From NCBI RefSeq assembly GCF_009914755.1, contig NC_060944.1: 64,000 nt of DNA. One strand, given 5' to 3'. The position numbers were made by a program, and so were the translations under genes. A model generated the notes under the pieces. The model was not told the origin of the DNA. It worked only from the letters and a program-made list of their open reading frames with translations, and made no database searches. This stretch comes from the human T2T-CHM13v2.0 reference genome, Homo sapiens. Position 1 is the stretch's first letter; every line of letters starts with the position of its first letter. Shown here one piece after another: positions 38,018 to 54,953 of this stretch.

Positions 38018-41000
38018 TGCTAAAATCTCTTCAAAAAAAAAAACTGGACAGAAGCATTCTGAGAAACTTCTTTGTGATGTGTGTGTTCATCTCACCGAGT
38101 TCAAACTTTCTTTTGATTGACCAGTTTTGAAATACTCTTTTTGTAGAATCTGCAAGTGGATATTTGGGGCGATTTGAGGCCTATGTTGGAAAAGGAAATA
38201 TCTTCATATGAAAACTAGACAGAAGCATTCTGAGAAACTTCTTAGTTATGTGTGTATTCATCTCAGAGAATTGAACCACACTTTTGATTGAGCAGTTTGG
38301 AAACAGTCTTTTTGTCGTATCTGCATGTGGATATTTGGAGCACTTTAATGCCTATGGTGGAAAAGGAAATACCTTAACATAAAAATTAGACAGAAGCATT
38401 CTGAGAAACTTCTTTGTGATGTTTGCATTCATCTCACAGAGTTCAACCTTTCCTTTGATTGAACAGTTTTGAAACACTCTTTTTGTAAAATCTGCTAGTG
38501 GATATTTGGAACGCTGTGAGGCCTATGGTGGAAAAAAACGTATCTTCACATAAGAACTGTGAAGCAGGTTTCCTAAAAACAGCCTTGTGATGTGTGCATT
38601 CATCTCGCAGAGGTAAGCATTTATTTTCTCTGATCAGTCTGTAAACTCTGTTCTTGTACAATCTGAAAAAGAGTATTTTTGCTCACTTTGAGGCCTATGT
38701 TGACAAAGGAAATATCTTCACATACAAAGTATAAGGAAAGTTTCTGAGATACTTCTTTGTGATATGTGCATTCATCTCACAGATTTGACCCTCTCTTTTG
38801 CTTCAGCAGTTTGGAAACAGTATTTTTGCAGAATCTGCAAACGGATATTTGTGAGCACTTTGAGGCCTATGCAGAAAAAGAAATAACTTCACAGAAAACT
38901 ATAAAGAAGGTTTCTGAGAAACTGTTTTGTGATGTCTGCGTTCATTTCACAGAGGTAAACGATTTTTTCTTTGATCATATGGGAAACTCTGTTGTTTTAG
39001 AATCTGCTAAGGGATATTTGTGAGTGCATAGAGCCCTATGGTGAAAAAGGAATTGTCTTCACATAAAAACTAGACAGAAGCATCCTGAGAAACTTCTTGG
39101 TGATGTGTGCATTCATCTCATAGAATTGAAACTTTCTTTTTATTGAGCAGTTTGGAAACGTCTTTTTGTGGAATCTGTAAAGGGATATTTCTGAGCACTT
39201 TGAGGCCTATGGTGAAAGAGAAAATATCTTCACATAAAAACTAGACTAAAGAATTCTGACAAACTGCTTTGTGATGTATGCATTCATCTCACAGAGTTCA
39301 ACAATTCTTTTGATTGAGCAGTTGGGAAACCATCTTTTTGTAGAATCTGCAAAGGTATATTTGTGAGTGCTTTGAGGTCTGTGGTTAAAAGGAAATATCT
39401 TCACATAAAAACTATAAAGAAGGTTTGTGAGAAACTTCTTTGTGATGTGCACATTCATCTCACAGGGTTGAACCATTCCTTTCATTCAGCAGTTTGGAAA
39501 CAGTCTTTTTTTAGGATCTGCAAAGGGATATTTTTGAGCACTTTGAGGCCCATGGTGAAAAAGGAAACACACTCACATAAAAACAAGATAGAAATTTCTG
39601 AGAAAAATCTTTTTGATATATGCATTCATCCCACAGAGATGAAATTTTCTTTTGATGAGCAGTTTGAAAACAGTATTTTGTAGAATTTCCAAAGTGTTAT
39701 TAGTTAGCGCTTTCTGTCCTGTGTTGAAAAAGGAATTATCTTTACATAAATACTAGACAGAATATTTCTGAGAAACTGCTTTGTGATGTGTGCTTTCATC
39801 CCACCAAGGTAACTATTTCCCTTCATTGAGCAGATTGGAAATTCTGTTCTTGTAAAATCTGCAAAAGGATATTTGTCAGTGCTTTGAGGCTTATGGTGAA
39901 AAAGGAATTATCTTCACGTAAAAACTAGACAGAAGCTTTCTGTGAAACATCTTGGAGATGCGAGAATTCATCTCACAGAGTTGAAACATTCTTTTGATTG
40001 AGCAGTTTGTAAACAGTATTTTGGTAGGTAGAATCTGCAAAGGGATATTTGTGATGCTTTGAAGCCTATGGTGGAAAAGGAAATATTTTCACATGAAAAC
40101 TAGAGAGAAGCTTTCTGAGAAACCTCCTTGTGATGTGTGCATTCATCTCACAGATTTGAACCTCTCTTTGGATTGAGCAATTTGGATACAGTATTTTTGT
40201 AGAATCTGTAAAGGTGTATTTTTGAGAGCTATGAGACCTATGATGAAATAGGAAATATCTTCACAAAAAAACTAGACAGAAGCTTTCCGAGAAACTTCTT
40301 TGTGATGTGTGCATTCATCCCATAGAGTTCAACCATTCTTTTGATTGAACAGTTTGGAAACAGTCTTTTTGTAGAATCTGCAAAGGGATATTTATGAGTG
40401 CTTTAAGACCTGTGGTGAAAAAGGAAATATATTCACATAAAAAGTATAAACAAGGTTTCTCAGAAACAGCTTTGTGATGTATGCATTCGTCTCACAGAGG
40501 TAAATGTTTCTTTTCTGTGGTCAGTCTGGAAACTGCTCTTGAAGAGTCTGCAAAGGGATATTTGTGAGTGCTTTGAGGCCTATGGTGAAAAAGGAAATAT
40601 CTTCACATAAAAATTAGAGAGAGGCTTTCTGAGAAACCTCTTTGTGATGTAGGCATTCATCTCACAAAGATGAAACTTACTTTTGATTGAGCAGTATGGA
40701 AATGGTCTGTTTGTGGAATCTGCAAAGGGATATTTATGAGCACTTTGAGGCCAATGGTGAAAAAGGAAATATATTTATATAAAATGTATAAAGAAGGTTT
40801 CTTAGAAACAGCTTTGTGATATGTGCATTGATCTCAAAGAAGTAAACGTTTATTTTCTCTGATCAGTCAGGAATCTCTGTTTTTGTAGAATCTGCAAAGG
40901 GATATTTGTGAGTGCTTTGAGGCCTATGGTGAAACAGGAAATATCTTCACTTAAAAACTAGACAGAAGCTTTCTTAGTGGCTTCTTTGTGATGTGTGCAA

Positions 41001-44000
41001 TCATCTCACAGAGTTGAACCATTCTTTTGATTGAGCAGTCTGGAAACAGTCTTTTTGTAGAATCTGCAAGGAATATTTGTCAGGACTTTGAGTACTATGG
41101 TGAAAAAGGAAATATCTTCACATAAAAAATGGACAAAAGATTTCTGAGAAACCTCTTTGTAATGTGTGCATCCATCTCACAGAGTTTAAACATTTTTTTT
41201 GATTCAGCAGGTGGGAAGCAGTCTTTTTGCAGAATCTGCAAAGGGATATTGCTGAGCACTTTGAGGCCTATGGTGAAAAAGGAAATATCTTCACATAAAA
41301 ACTATAAAGAAGGTTTCTGAGAAACTTCTTTGTGATGTATGCATTCATCTCATGGAGTTGAACTATTTTTTTAATTGAGCAGTTTGGAAACAATCTTTTT
41401 TGTAGAATCTGCAAAGGGATATTTTTGAGTGCTTTGAGTCCTAGGGAGAAAAAAGAAATATCGTCACATAAAAAGTATAAAGAAGGTTCTGAAAAACAGT
41501 TTTGTGATGTGTGCATTCATCTCACAGAGAAAAAGGTTTGTTTTCTTTGATCAGTCTGGAAATTCTGTTCTTGTAGAATCTGCTAAGGGATATTTGTGAG
41601 CAGATGGAGGCCTATGGTGAAAAAGGAAATGTCTTCATATAAAAATTAGACAGAAGCCTCCTGCGAAACTTCTCAGTGATGTGTGCATTCAACTCACAAA
41701 ATTGAAACTTTCTTTTCATTGAGCCATTCGGAAACAGTCTTTTTGTAGAACCTGCAAATGGATATTTGGAGCATTTTGAGGCTTATGGTGAAAAAGGAAA
41801 TATATTCACATAAAAACCAGACTGAAGGTTTCTGAGAAACTTCTTTGAGATGTGTGAATTCATCTCAAAAAGTTCAATAATTCTTTTTATTGAGCAGTTT
41901 GGAAACAGTGTTTTTGTAGAATCTGCAAAGAGATATTTGTGAGGGCTTTGAGGCCTATAGTGAAAAAGGAAATATCTTCACAGAAAAACTATAAAGAAGG
42001 TTTCTGAGAAACTTCTTTGTGATGTGTGCATTCATCTCACACAGTTCAACCTTTCTTTTGGTTGAGTGGTTTGGAAATAGTCTTTTTAAATATTCTTCAA
42101 CTGGATATTTGTGAGCACTTTGAGGCTCGTGGTGAAAAAGGAAACATTCACATGAAAACTTAATAGAAGCTTTCTGAGAAACTTATTTTTGACACGTGCA
42201 TTCATCTCACAGAGGTAAACCTTTCTTTTGATGAGCAGTGTGGAAACAATCTTTTTGTAGAATCTGCAAAGCGACAATTTTGAGCGCTTTGCATCCTGTG
42301 GTGAAAAAGGAGATACCTTCACATAAAAACTAGACAGAATGTTTCTCAGAAACTGCTTTGTGATATGTGCATTCATCTCCAAGATGTGTCTGTTTCTTTT
42401 CATTGAGAAGATTGGAAACTCTTCTCTTGTAAAATCTGCAAAGGGATATTTGTGAGCCCTTTGAGGCGTATGGTGAAAAAGGAAATATCTTCACATAAAA
42501 ACGACACAGAAGCTTTCTGAGAAACATCCTGGTGATGTGAGCATTCACCTCACAGAGATGAAACATTCTTTTGATTGAGCAATGTGTAAAGAGTCTTCTT
42601 GTAGAATCTGCAAAGGGATATTTGTGAACGCTTGGAGGCCTATGGTGAAAAATAAAATATCTTCATGTAAAAACTAGAGAGAAGCTTTCTGAGAAACCTC
42701 TTTGTGGTGTGAATACATCTCACAGAGTTGAACCTTTCTTTTGATTGAGCAATTTGGAAAAAGTATTTTTGTAGAATCTCTAAAGGGATATTTGTGAGCA
42801 CTTTGAGGCCTATGGTGAAAAAGCAAGTATCTTCACATAAAAACTAGACAGAAGCATTCTGAGAAACTTCTTCATGATGTGTGCATTAATCACACAGAGT
42901 TAAACCTTTGTTTTGATTGAGCCATTTGGAAACAGTTTTTTTGTAGAATCTGCAAATGGATATTTGGAGCACTTTGAAGCCTATGGTGTAAAAGGAAATA
43001 TATTCACATAAAAACCAGACTGAAGGATTCTGAGAAACTTCTTTGAGCTGTGTGCATTCATCTCACAGTGTTCAATAATTCTTTTTATTGAGCGGTTTGG
43101 AAACAGTCTTTTTGTAGAATCTGCAAAGGGGTATTTGTGAGGGCTTTGAGGCCTATGTTGAAAAAGAAAATATCTTCACAGAAAAACCATAAAGAACGTT
43201 TCTGAGAAACTTCTTTGTGGTGTGTGCATTCATCTCACAGAGTTGAAACATTCTTTGGATTGAGCAGTTTACAAACAGTCTTCTTGTAGAATCTGCAGAA
43301 GGATATTTGTAGCGCTTTCAGGCCTATGGTGAATAAGGAAATATCATCACATAAAAACTAGACCAAAGTTTTCTGAGAAATTTTTGTGATGTGTGCATTT
43401 ATCTCATAGAGTTTAACATTTGTTTTGATTGAGCAGTTTGGAAAGTCTTTTTGTACAATCTGCAGAGGGATATTTAGGAGTGTGTTGAGGCCTATAGTGA
43501 AAAAGGAAATATCTTCACATAAAAACTAGAAAGAAGCATTCTGAGAAGCTGCTTTAAGATATGTGTATTCATCTCACAGAGGTAAACGTTTCTTTTCATT
43601 GAGCAGTTCATAAACTCTGTTATTCTAGAGTCTGAAAAGGGATATTTTTGAGTGCTTTGAGACCCACGTTGAAAAAGGAACTATCTTTACATAAAAACTA
43701 ATGAGAAGCTTGCTGAGAAACTACTTTCTGATGTGTGCATTCATCTAACAGAGTTGAAACTTTCTTTTGATTGAGCAGTTTGGAAACAGTCTCTTTGTAG
43801 ATTCTGCAAAGGTATATTTGGGAGTGCATTGAGGCCTATGTTCAAAAAGGAAATCTCTTCACATAAAAACGAGAAGGAAGTTTTCTTAGAAACTTCTTTG
43901 TGATGTGCACATTCGTCTCACAGGATTGAACCATTCCGTTTATTGAGCAGTTTGGAAACAGTCTTTTTGTAGAATCTGCAAAGGGATATCTGGGAGTGCG

Positions 44001-44121
44001 TTGAGGCATATGGTGAAAAAGGAAATATCTTCACATTAAAAGTAGAAAGAAGTTTTCTGAGTAACTCCTTTGTGACGTGTGCATTCATCACACACAAGTA
44101 AAAGTTTCTTCCCATTGAACT
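38018..44121 (+). repeat. Alpha satellite, forward; from ~38600 a distinct, more divergent class (aaagggatatttgtgag, ggtgaaaaagg, aaacagtctttt)
   Basis: Monomer periodicity and class-specific words. Confidence 0.96.
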
Positions 44122-44130
44122 GTTAGTTTT
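44118..44130. other. Alpha satellite strand-switch junction 2 (plus to minus)
   Basis: tttcttcccattgaactgttAGTTTTtatgtgaagatattt. Confidence 0.94.
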
Positions 44131-46330
44131 TATGTGAAGATATTTCCGTTTTCACCATAGACCTCAAACCGCCTACATATATCCCTTTGCAGATTCTACG
44201 AAAAGACTGTTTCCAAACTGCTCAATCAAAGAAAGCTTCCACTATGCGAGATGAATGCACACATCACAGAGAAGTTTCTCAGAAATTTTCTGTCTAGTTT
44301 TTATTTGTTAATACACCCATTTTCACCATAGGCCTGAAACTGCTCATAAATAACCCTTTGCAGATTCTAAAAAAAGACTGTTTCCAAACTACTCAATCAA
44401 AAGAAAGGCTCACCTTTGTGAGGTGAATGCACACATCACAAAGAAGTTTCTCAGAAAGCTTCTGTCTAGTTTTTATTTGAAGATGTTTCCTTTTTCAATA
44501 TAGGCCTCAAAGTGCTCACAAATGTCCCTTTACAGATTTTACAAAAAGACTCTTCCCAAACTGTTCAACTGAAACAAAGCTTCAACTCTTTGAGATGAAT
44601 GCACACATCACAAAGAAGTTTCTCAGAAAGCTTCCATCCAGTTTTTATGTGAAGCTATTTCCTTTTTCACCATAAGTCTTAAAGCATTCAAATTATCACT
44701 TTGCATATTCTACAAAAAGACATTTTCCAACCTGCTCTAACTAAAGAAAGGTTCAACTCTGTGAGAAGAATGCACACACCAAAAATAAGTTTCTCACAAT
44801 GCTTCTGTCTAGTTTTTATGTGAAGACATTTCCTTTTTTGCCATAGACCAAAAAGGGATCTCAAATATCCCTTTGTACATTCTACAAAGGACTGTTTCCA
44901 AACTGCTTAATCCAAAGACAGGTTCAACTCTTTGGGATGAATGCACACATCACAACGAAGTTTCTCAGAAACTTCTGTCTAGTTTTTGTGTGAAGATATT
45001 TCTTTTTTCACCATAGGCTTCAAAGGGCTCACAAATATCGCAAAGCAGATTCTACAAAAAGACTATCCAAACTGGTCAATGAAAAGAACACTTCAAATCT
45101 GTGAGATGAATGAGCACATCTCAAAGAATTTTCTCAGAAACCTTCTGTCTAGTTTTTATGTGAAGATATTTCCGTTTCCACGATAGACCTGAAACTGCCT
45201 AAATATATCTCTTTGCAGATTCTACAAAAAGACTGTTTCCAAGCTGCTCAATCAAAGAAAGTTTTTACTCTGTGTGATGAATGCACACATCACAGAGAAG
45301 TTTCTCAGAAAGTTTCTGTTTAGTTTTTATTTGTCGATACTCCCTTTTTCACCATAGGCCTCAAACTTCTCATAAATAACCCTTTGCAGATTCTACTAAA
45401 GGACTGTTTCCAAACTGCTCAATCAAATGAAAGTTCAGCTGTGTGAGATGAATGCACACATCACAAAGAAGTTTCTCAGAACGTTTCTGTCTAGCTTTTA
45501 TGTGAAGATACTTCTTTTTCACCATAATCCTCAAAGCGTTCACAAATTTTCCTTTGCAGATTCTACAAAAAGACTGTTTCCAAACTGCTCAATCAAAAGA
45601 AAGGTTCAATTCTGTGTGATGAATGCACACGTCACAAAGAAGTTTCTCAGAAGGGTTCTATCTAGATTTTATTTGTGGAGATTTCCTTTTTCACAATAGG
45701 CCTCAAAAAGCTCACAAATATCCCTTTGCATATTCTACAAAAAGACTGTTTCTAAACTGCTCAATGAAAGAAAATTCAACTCTGTGAGATGAATGCATGC
45801 ATCACAAAGTGATTTCTCAGAATGCTTCTGTCTAGTGTTTATATGAAGATATTTCCTTTTTCACCACATGCCTCACACTGCTCAAAAACATCCCTTTGCA
45901 GATTCTCCAAAAAGACTGTTTCCAAACTGCTCAATCAAAAGAAAGATTCAACTGTTTGAGATGCATGCACCCATTACAAAGAAGTTTCCCAGAAAACATG
46001 AGTCTAGTTTTTATGTGAAGATATTTCCTTTTTCACCATAAGACTCAAACAATTCACAAATATCACTTTGCAGGTTCTACGAAAAGACTGTTTCCAAACT
46101 GCTCAATCAAAAGAAAGTTTCAACCCTGTGAGATGAATGCACACATCACAAAGAAGTTTTTCAGAAAGATGCTGTCTACATTTTATTTTTTGATATTTCC
46201 TTTTTCACCAAAGGACTCAAATCGCTGAAACACATCTGTTTGCAGATTCTACAAAAAGACTGTTTCCAAACTGCCCAATCAAAAGAAAGGTTCAACTCTG
46301 TGAGATGAATGCACACATCACAAAGCAGTT

Positions 46331-46332
<2 letters not shown>
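44122..46332 (-). repeat. Alpha satellite, reverse, divergent class (tatccctttgcag, agactgtttcc)
   Basis: 171-bp periodicity. Confidence 0.96.
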
Positions 46333-47912
<1,580 letters not shown>

Positions 47913-48922
47913 GAAAGCACACATCATAAAGAAGTTTCTCAGAAAGTTTCTTTCTTGTTTTCATGTGAAGATATTTCCTTTTTCACCATAGTCCACAAAG
48001 TGCATGAAATATCTTTTGCAGATTGTACAAAAAGACTTTTTCCAAACTGCTCAATCAAAAGAAAGGTTCAACTCTGTGAGATGAAAGCACAAATCACAAA
48101 GAAGTTACTCAGAATGCTTCCATCTAGTTTTTAAGTGAAGGAATTTCCTGTTACACCATGGGCCTCAAAGGGCTCACAAATATCCTTTTGCAGATTCTAC
48201 AAAAAGACTGTTACAGAACTGCTCAATGAAAAGTAAGTTTCAACTCTGTGAGATGAATGCACACCTAAAAAAGAAGTTTCTCAGAATGCTTCTGTCTAGT
48301 TTTTATATGCAGATATTTCTTTTTCATCATAGGCCTCAAACCCCTCAGAAATATCCCTTTGCAGATTGTAGATAAAGACTGTTTCTTAACTGCTCCATCA
48401 AAAGAATGGTTCAACTCTGTGAGATGAAAGCACACATCACAAAGAAGTTTCTCAGAAATCTTCTGTCTAGTTTTTATGTGAAGATATTTCCCTTCTAATG
48501 ATAGGCCTCAAAGCAATCCAAATCTCTATTTGCAGATTCTACAAAAGACTATTTCCAAACTGCTCAATCAAAAGAAATTTTCAACTCTGTGAGATGAAAG
48601 CACACATCACAAAGAAGTTCTTCAGAAAGTTTCTCACTAGATTTTATGTGAAGTTATTTAATTTTTCACCACAAGCCACAAAGCACTCCAAATATCCATT
48701 TGCAGATACTTCAAAAAGAGTTTCTCCAAACTGCTCAATCAAAAGAAAGTTTCAACTCTGTGAGATGAATGCAAACATCACAAAGAAGTTTCTCAGAATG
48801 CTTCTGTCTAGTTTTACTGTGAAGATATTTCCCATTTCACCATGGGCCTCAGTGGGCTCACATATGCTTTTGCAAATTCTACAAAAAGACTGCTTCCGAA
48901 TTTCTCAATGAAAAGAATGGTT
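47913..48922 (-). repeat. Alpha satellite, reverse
   Basis: About six monomers between L1 #5 and L1 #6. Confidence 0.96.
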
Positions 48923-49447
48923 TTCCAACTTCGTTCTATTCTCCCCGTGACTTTCAGGTACACCAATCAGACGTAGATTTGGACGTTTCACATAGTCCCA
49001 TATTTCTTGGAGGTCTTGCTCGTTTCTTTTTATTCTTTTTTCTCTAAACTTCCCTTCTCGCTTCATTTCATTCATTTCATCTTCCATCACTGATACCCTT
49101 TCTTCCAGTTGATTGAATCAGTTCCTGAGGCTTCTGCATTCTTCACGTAGTTCTCAATCCTTGGTTTTCAGCTCCATCAGCTCCTTTAAGCACTTCTCTG
49201 TATTGGTTATTCTAGTTATACATTCTTCCAAATTTTTTTCAATGTTTTCAACTTCTTTGCCTTTGGTTTGGATGTCCTCCCGTAGCTCGGAGTAATTTTA
49301 TCGTCTGAAGCCTTCTTCTCTCAGCTCGTCAAAGTCATTCTCTGTCCAGCTTTGTTCCATTGCTGGTGAGGAACTGTGTTCCTTTGGAGGAGGAGAGGCG
49401 CTCTGCTTTTTAGAGTTTCCAGTTTTTCTGCTCTGTTTTTTCCCCAT
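48920..49447 (-). pseudogene. L1 ORF1p N-terminal part (codons 1-176: NTR, coiled coil, start of RRM), inverted, with an internal stop
   Basis: ATG GGG AAA AAA CAG at 49447 minus; MEDEMNEMKREGKFREKRIKRNEQ...KRPNLRLIGVPES...KLEN in the ORF track. Confidence 0.92.
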
Positions 49448-50355
49448 CTTTGTGGTTTTATCTACTTTTGGTCTTTGATGATGGTGATGTACAGATGGGT
49501 TTTTGGTATGGATGTCCTTTCTGTTTGTTAGTTTTCCTTCTAACAGACAGGACCCTCAGCTGCAGGTCTGTTGGAGTACCCGGCCATGTGAGGTGTCAGT
49601 TTGCCCCTGCTGGGGGGTGCCTCCCAGGTAAGCTGCTCCAGGGTCAGGGGTCAGGGACCCACTTGAGGAGGCAGTCTGCCAGTTCTCAGATCTCCAGCTG
49701 TGTGCTGGGAGAACCACTGCTCTCTTCAAAGCTGTCAGACAGGGACATTTAAGTCTGCAGAGGTTACTGCTGTCTTTTTGTTTGTCTGTGCCCTGCCCCC
49801 AGAGGTGGAGCCTACAGAGTCAGGCAGGCCTCCTTGACCTGTGGTGGGTTCCACAGAGTTCGAGCTTTCCGTCTGCTTTGTTTAACTAAGCAAGCCTGGG
49901 CAATGGCAGGCGGCCCTCCCCCAGCCTCACTGCCGCTTTACCGTTTGATCTCAGACTGCTGTGCTAGCAATCAGCAAGACTCCGTGGGCGTAGGATCCTC
50001 CAATCCAGGTGCAGGATATAATCTCATGGTGTGCCATTTTTTAAGACCATCAGAAAAGCGCAGTATGCGGGTGGGAGTGACCCGATTTTACAGGTGCCAT
50101 CTGTCACCCCTTTCTTTGACTAGGAAAGGGAACTCCCTGACCCCTTGTGCTTCCTGAGTGAGGCAATGCCTCGCCCTGCTTCAGCTCGTGCATGGTGCAC
50201 GCACCCACTGACCTGCACACAGTCTGGCACTCCCTAGTGAGATGAACCCGGTACCTCAGATGGAAATGCAGAAATCACCTGTCTTCCGCGTTGCTCAGGC
50301 TGGGAGCTGTAGACTGGAGCAGTTTCTATTCGGCCATCTTGGCTTCTCCTCCCCC
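49448..50355 (-). promoter_or_regulatory. L1 5'UTR (908 bp): internal sense promoter facing left, antisense promoter facing right; YY1 site intact at 50332-50341
   Basis: Recognisable L1 5'UTR; GGCCATCTTG is the reverse complement of CAAGATGGCC; many CpG to TpG changes, so activity is doubtful. Confidence 0.88.
49903..50157 (+). CDS. ORF0: L1 ORF0 (antisense 5'UTR ORF), open, 84 aa; expression unknown
   Basis: MAGGPPPASLPLYRLISDCCASNQQDSVGVG... matches primate L1 ORF0 (MAGAPPPASLPP...); ATG in gcaATGg context. Confidence 0.7.
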   Translation: MAGGPPPASLPLYRLISDCCASNQQDSVGVGSSNPGAGYNLMVCHFLRPSEKRSMRVGVTRFYRCHLSPLSLTRKGNSLTPCAS

Positions 50356-50844
50356 ACTCTGCAGGATATTATCCAGGAGAAATTCCCCAATCTAGCATGG
50401 CAGGCCAACATTCAGATTCAGGAAATACAGAGAATGCCACAAAGATACTCCTCGAGAAGAGCAACTCCAAGACACATAATTGTCAGATTCACCAAAGTTG
50501 AAATGAAGGAATAAATGTTAAGAGCAGCCAGGGAGAAAGATCAGGTTACCCTCAAAGGGAAGCCCATCAGACTAACAGCAGATCTCTCAGCAGAAACTCT
50601 ACAAGCCAGAAGATAGTGGGGGCCAATATTCAACATTCTTAAAGAAAAGAATTTTCAACCCAGAATTTCATATCCAGCCAAACTAAGCTTCATAAGTGAA
50701 GGAGAAATAAAATAATTTACAGACAAGCAAATGCTGAGAGATTTTGTCACCACCAGGCCGGCCCTAAAAGAGCTCCTGAAGGAACTGCTAAACATGGAAA
50801 GGAACAACCGGTACCAGCCACTGCAAAATCATGCCAAAATGTAA
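50356..50844 (+). pseudogene. L1 ORF1p C-terminal part (codon 177 onward, RRM-CTD) with three nonsense changes (50512, 50614, 50713)
   Basis: TLQDIIQEKFPNL...RRATPRHIIVRF...HAKM-stop at 50842-50844. Confidence 0.92.
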
Positions 50845-50907
50845 AGACCATCAAGATTAGGAAGAAACTGCATCAACTAACGAGCAAAATAACCAGCTAA
50901 TATCATA

Positions 50908-54734
<3,827 letters not shown>

Positions 54735-54953
54735 ACAATGAGAAGACATGGACACAGGAAGGGGAACGTCTCACTCTGGGCCCTGTTGTGGGGTGGGGGG
54801 AAGGGGAGGGATTGCATTGGGAGATATACCTAATGCTAGATGACGAGTTAGTGGGTGCAGCGCACCAGCATGGCACATGTATACATATGTAAGTAACCTG
54901 AACATTGTGCACTTGTACCCTAAAATGTAAAGTATAATAATAATAATAATAAA

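Noticed and set aside
49450-49752. 100-aa ORF and other antisense L1 ORFs (e.g. 292-570, 37657-37968)
   Set aside because: Generic open frames on the L1 antisense strand, many with non-ATG starts; only ORF0 matches a known product
54785-54822. G-rich tracts in L1 3'UTRs as novel G-quadruplex elements
   Set aside because: A standard feature of every L1PA 3'UTR
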